From Lama guanicoe (taxonomy: Eukaryota): a stretch of DNA of 64,000 bases. Positions 59,101 to 64,000 of the stretch are shown one piece after another. The position numbers and the translations under genes are program-made. The notes beneath the pieces are model-generated. The model ran no database searches. It was not told the origin of the DNA and was given only the letters and a program-made list of their open reading frames with translations. The DNA lies in assembly GCA_013239625.1 (NCBI GenBank), contig MU055744.1, positions 1,270,355 to 1,334,354 on the forward strand. The letters run 5' to 3'. Every line of letters starts with the position of its first letter. Positions within the stretch are counted from its first letter, which is position 1.

Positions 59101-60829
59101 GAGGGCACGGGTTTCCATCCAGGCTCAGCTGCCCTGGTGCGGAGCAGTTTGGGGCATCGGGCCATTGTCAGGGCACTGAGTGTCAAGCTGAGGGCCAGGA
59201 GGTGGCCTCCACCCTGCCCTGCGGCCGACAGGCTCTGGAACCTTGGGCAGAGCCGCCCCCCCCGGCCTGCTTCATCTTGGGACCGGGCCTGCCCTCATCC
59301 ATCCATCCCTACCCTACAGTGCTCCCAGCCGCTGCCTCTCCCTGCCCGACCTGTCTGCGCTTGGGTGCGGTTCCCCAAGCCAAGGGGATCTGGCCTGTCA
59401 GTGACCAGTTCGGAAGTGTTTTGTGCAGAGTGTGCTGTGGTTTTCTGCTGGTGAAGGCGGGGATGCGCAAGAACTTGGCCCGCGGGCTGGAAGCAGAATC
59501 TGTCCAAGGGGCATTCAGGCTGTGGCTCTGGGAAGCCTGGGCTGTGTGGCCTCTCTGTGCAGGCCCACAGCGGGCTCTGTAGTGCCTCCTATTCCCCAGG
59601 GGGTGTTTCCAGAGCATTCTGTCCGGGCGGGACCCTGGCAGGCCACCGGGATGTCCGCCTCGGCCTGGCAGGTGTCCCCGGGAAGAGGTCAAGGTGGCAG
59701 GGCAAGAAAGCAGCCGAGTGGCTGCAGGAGGCTGGACCTCGCTCCCAGGGGAAGACGGCCCTGCTGACCCACTGGCCTTTCTGCTCCCAACTGCTGCCGT
59801 TCCGAGAAGCTGTCGGAAAACCAAACTATATTCAGCTTCGCAGCTGCCGAGAAACCGCGTTCCTCTGTCAGTCAGCAGCAGCTCCAGGCGCCCCCTCACT
59901 CGGATGACCGGCTGGGGAGGGGGAACCGTCCTTTCCTGTCCCGAGGTCCATGTCCTCTTCTGTCTCTCTGGGATTCTGGAGGCAAGGGCAGGGACAGCCT
60001 GGCTGGGGCCTGGGGGTTCACTCGGCTCTCCCCCAGTAGCCTGAGGCCAGCTGCACCTCCTCCCCAACCCACACGTCTGCTGGGCCTGCCTCTGCACGTG
60101 ACACAGGGAGACCGAGAACCTTCCTACCTTGGTGCTGACTTTGGCTTGAGGTCTTAGCGGTGACACCTGAGTGGCATCTGTCACTCTGTCCCTCAGCCCT
60201 GGCCCCCACTGGACTCCTGCCCCACCCGGCCCTGCAGCCTCTGAGCCGGCCCGTCCCCGAGTGTGCAGGTGACGTGCTCACCTCTGCCTCCTGCAGCCCC
60301 TAAATCTTGACCATGTCCACTGTCACCCTCGCCTCCACCTCCTTTAGTGCCAGGCCGTGCGGGAGGCACGTCCACACTGTTTCTCCTGAAGTGTCACAAA
60401 ATGCAAGTGGTCTGTCCCCGTCTTACAGAGGCGTTAACTCAGGTCCCCTGGCGAGCTCAGGGGCTAGGAAGCCAGATGGCAGATTCCAGCCCTGTCTGTC
60501 TGACACAGGCCGGAACCCTGAGCTCCAATTAGGCTTCTCACCAGATCAGCTCCCTGGCACCTCCTGTGGGAGGCCCTCCTGATTTCCCTCCTCCACCGGC
60601 TCCTGGGCCTTTGTGGCCATCCTCGCGCCCTTCTGCCTTACGCGACCTTCCTGGGGGTGTGGATGGGCCCCCTCCTCTCTGGCACAACGCGTGCTCAGCC
60701 TGAGCCGAGTGTAGGTGTGGTGGGAAGCGGGGCACGGCCCGGCACGGCCCCTGGCGTGATGGGCTGTCTGCGTGGGTGCCTGGTGGGCTGAGGAGAGAAA
60801 CGAGGTCCTTTGGCTTGTTTGGGCAGCCA

Positions 60830-60985
60830 GGCTATTCAGCCGGGGAGCCACTTTTAATAAGCAAAACCGGTGCTTCAAGGCCTCCCAGCCAATTAGCAGG
60901 CGGCAGCCAGGTGGCTCTTTGAATAATTAAACGGGCCTGTCAGGGCCTTCAGGCTGTGGTTTGATGTGACTTTAAAGTTTGCCTG
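60830..60985. promoter_or_regulatory. Homeobox/TCF motif island, candidate enhancer
   Basis: TTTAATAAG, CCAATTAGC, CTTTGAA, TAATTAAA, CTGTCA, TGTGGTT (RUNX) and TTTGATG. Confidence 0.45.
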
Positions 60986-62089
60986 GCTGCCGGTTCCCCA
61001 GCAAAGCGGTACACCGGAGGTGTGGCCCAGTGCCCGGCGCCCCGGCTAGCCGCTCCCCCACCCCTCCCACCCACGCGCCCTCTTCTGCTCACCCTGCACC
61101 TGCCTGGGCCCCTGATCACAGCTGGTGAGGTGAGTCTGAGTGTGGCGGTGTCCATGCCAGGCCTGGGGCCAGGACCTCCCACAGCCGCGTCGCACCTAAT
61201 TCTGAGGCCAACTTCGGAATAGGAAGCTTGTCCGGGCCAGAGGAGTGACCTCCGAGGGCTCTCAGGTGCTGCCGGTCCTCCGCGTGCGGGACTGGAGCGG
61301 CTGGCTTTTCCCGGCGCTAGCACTGGAATTCCTGCATCGCTGGTCCTGCACAAGCTGGCCAGTGGTCGCCCCCAGAGGACAGATGCCAGGAGCTGAGCAC
61401 CCCCAGGCCTCTAAGGCCAAGTCTGCTCTTGGGGGGCCACGGGCTGGTCTCCCCCTCCAGTATGTGAACCCAGGAGCCCAAGGCTCCGCCTTTCCTGTCG
61501 GACGCACCAGAGTGGCCAAGGAGGACCAGGGCGTCTGCCGATGGCGCTGCTCTGTAAGGCTGCCAGTAAACACGGATCTTCTTCGCAGGGAGCGCTTTCC
61601 TGTGAGTCAGGAGTCTGCCTTCTTCCCAGCACGTGCCAAGTGCGGGCAGGAGTTGAGGTGCCTCAGGCCCGGATTACCTGCATCTGCAACGCCAGCAGAG
61701 GTGGGAACATAAACCCGGTGCCCTAGGTTCTCTGGGTGCCGCTAGGCGGTCGGAGCCACACTCGGACCCGAAGCTTTCTTACCTCCCGAGTGTGAACGTT
61801 GGTTTGCGGAGCGTGCTTCCCCGGAGGCACTGGGTGGGAGGACCTGGTGGTGGTCCTGGAGGCGCCCCGGGCGAGGGGCACTTTACAGCTGTAGTGGAAA
61901 CCCGGGGTGGGCCCACTGGGAGGCCGTGGGGAGGCGGGGGACTGCCTGTGTCTGAGGCCCTGGACTTGCAGGTGGGCTCTGGGGTGAACCGCGGGAAAGG
62001 GGGGGACAGTGGCCCAGGCTCTCATGGGACACTTGCTGGGAGCAAGGACCTGGGCTGAGACTTGGCTTGTGTGTGTTCTCCTTTGATCG

Positions 62090-62240
62090 TAACACTTACC
62101 ATTACCCCCATCCCACAGCTGGGGAAGCTGGCTCAGAGAGGGAGGGTGCACTGCTCAGCGTCACACAGCGAGTCTGCAGCAGAGCTGGGGTTTGAACCCG
62201 GATCTGTTATCTACAGAGGCCTGGCTCTTAGCTCCTCCCA
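62090..62240 (-). mobile_element. MIR SINE
   Basis: 'cattacccccatcccacagctggggaag...ggctcagagagg...gtcacacagcgag...gcagagctggggtttgaacccggatctg'. Confidence 0.8.
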
Positions 62241-64000
62241 CGAGGCCTCCCCTAAGATGAGAGTGACAGAGGCAGTGGGGTCTCTGCTCTGGCTGCTCGC
62301 CAGGGTGGGGGACGGTGGCGCCTGGGGGCAGCGGTCTGGGTCCTGGCAGGGCCCTCTGCAGACAGCGCAGTAACGAAATGTGTACCTGCCTTGCACCAGG
62401 GGCTCCTTGGTCTGGGTGGAGGGCCCCCCAGGGAAGTGGCCCTGCCGTGGGGCTCCAGGACGGATTGAATAACGCAGGGCCGGCCGCCGCCAGACGGCAG
62501 CTGGGCTGGGCCCGCCGCGTGCTGCGCTGGGGCTGGGTTTGAAGTGCGTGAAACTCAGACGGGAGGTTCGGCAGCTGCTGTCCAGAAGATAGTAAATCAG
62601 CGCCGACAGGCGGGTCGAGCTCCCCCGGAGCCCCGGGTCCAGGCCCCGCAGCCCCCGCAGCACAGGGAGCATGAATCTGGGCGAGTCCTTCCGCCAGGAG
62701 CCGGAGGCCTGGGACCTCCTCCCAAGGGGGCCCCTGCGCTCGGAGCTCCTCTCATTGGCTCCTTCGGTCTTTGATAAACCAAGCCTGCTGCCGCCACGCA
62801 GGACCTTCCCCGTCCCCGTCCGACGGCTCCTGTGCTCACACCTCCACCCAGGGCCCCGGAGCGTCGGGTCTGCCCCTTCCCCACGTGTCTGTTTCCTATG
62901 CGGCCACAGGCACAGTCGCACCAGCGGGCACTTTTCAGAGGCCACAGCTGTTAGCAGCTTCTCCAAGAAGTCCCGCGGGCAAGGACCAGAGACTGATTTG
63001 TTGAACCCAGGGCTACGTTCAGGCTTTGCCTTCTCCCTGGATCAGTGACGGATGGCAGCCCCCAGGCCAGCTCCGATCAGGTGCCCAGTAAATACCCGAT
63101 GGATGGGGGAAGGGAGGAAGGCAGGGTTTGGCGTGGGAACGGCGGCCCTCTCTGTTCTTCTGGGGTCTGTCTCAGCCGCCCACTCAGGGTGCCCTGTGTT
63201 TAGGCCTTTTTCCTCTAGCTGGGAACCCTCTGCCTCTGGCACTGGGACTGTCGCTGTCCTGCCCACGCACGGCCAGCAGTCACAGCAGCTGGATGCTAAA
63301 ACTGACCTCGGAGTGGGAGGCGTGATTTGGGTTGGGGAGGTGGAAGTGTGGCTCGAGCCTCTCACCCCGCCCCGGGAGGACGAGTGAGGAGTCTGGCCAG
63401 GGTGGATTTCTTGCTGCCCAGTGCGTGGGCTCTGCTGGCAATTTCTTCACAGCTTTTCCGCTTCCTGCTCGGGCATCCCCTTAATTCCCTAAGTGGGGAA
63501 AGCGGGAAGCTTGGCTTCCCAGAAGCCAGGCTCGAGGAAATGCGTCCTCATGAAGGTCTAATGGGACGAGAGGAACCCCTCCCACGCCCTGGGGACCTGG
63601 ATGACTGCCCTCTGGTGTCTGACCCACGGGCGTTTCTGTGCGGTTTCACCACACTTGATTCTCATCCCCTTCTCTTAAAGAGCAAGTTAACTGCACCAGG
63701 AGCGTCTGGATGTCCTGTTGAGCCAGGGAGAGGGGGTTGGGGGGGGAGCTGCATAGTGGGTCTGGGCGATCAGCTGGTGCCTGCGACAGAAGGAGGGAGC
63801 CAGAGTGACCACAGAGTCACACCTGGTCCAGCCCCTGCCGGGCTGGAAGTTACAGCTGGAATGTGGCCCCGGAAACTGCTCAAACGCCCTCTGTGCAAAT
63901 ATGCTCCCCCAGTGTTAAGTCAGGGTCGGTGTCGTCAAGTCACAGCTCAGGCTGACTTGGGTACCGCTGTGTGGTTTCTCATAAGCACGTCTTGAAGATG

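Larger units (their letters stand above)
1..64000. other. GC-rich mammalian (probably camelid) non-coding region, most likely a large intron of an unidentified plus-strand gene
   Basis: Eutherian repeat content (MIR, L2, L1M, MLT1), a Vic-1-type SINE and no credible long CDS. Host strand is inferred only from the minus-strand bias of L1 fragments. Confidence 0.8.

Noticed and set aside
148-63995. Hundreds of 60-455 aa ORFs in the six-frame track
   Set aside because: They overlap in all frames, are Pro/Gly/Arg/Ala-rich as expected from stop-poor high-GC DNA, often start at non-ATG codons, and show no recognisable domains.
1-64000. Naming the host gene
   Set aside because: No exon matched a protein I recognise, so any gene symbol would be a guess.

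Overview
This is mammalian, very GC-rich, essentially non-coding DNA with two N gaps. A tRNA-derived SINE of the camelid Vic-1 type at 38783-38891 points to a camelid (alpaca, llama or camel), and a MER41-type LTR of the cetartiodactyl kind fits that. The window holds eutherian interspersed repeats (L1, L2, MIR, MaLR MLT1, MER21, MER31 and MER41 LTRs, hAT relics), micro- and minisatellites, one CpG island near 3.1-3.8 kb, and a series of short AT-rich islands full of homeobox, TCF, GATA and T-box motifs that look like conserved enhancers. L1 fragments lie mostly on the minus strand (about 9 of 10), which suggests a large intron of a plus-strand gene that I cannot name. No ORF in the supplied track is a credible protein gene. 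The best leads are a splice-perfect 59-nt candidate exon at 50507-50565 with possible partner exons at 8056, 26351 and 55450, strong AT-to-GC remodelling of old repeats, a hierarchical GGCTCA/GGGTCA minisatellite apparently born in a MIR tail, and the enhancer-like islands. I found no evidence for a novel self-contained system such as CRISPR, an operon or an intact virus. Repeat family names come from recalled consensus sequences and most boundaries are approximate; RepeatMasker/Dfam should confirm them.
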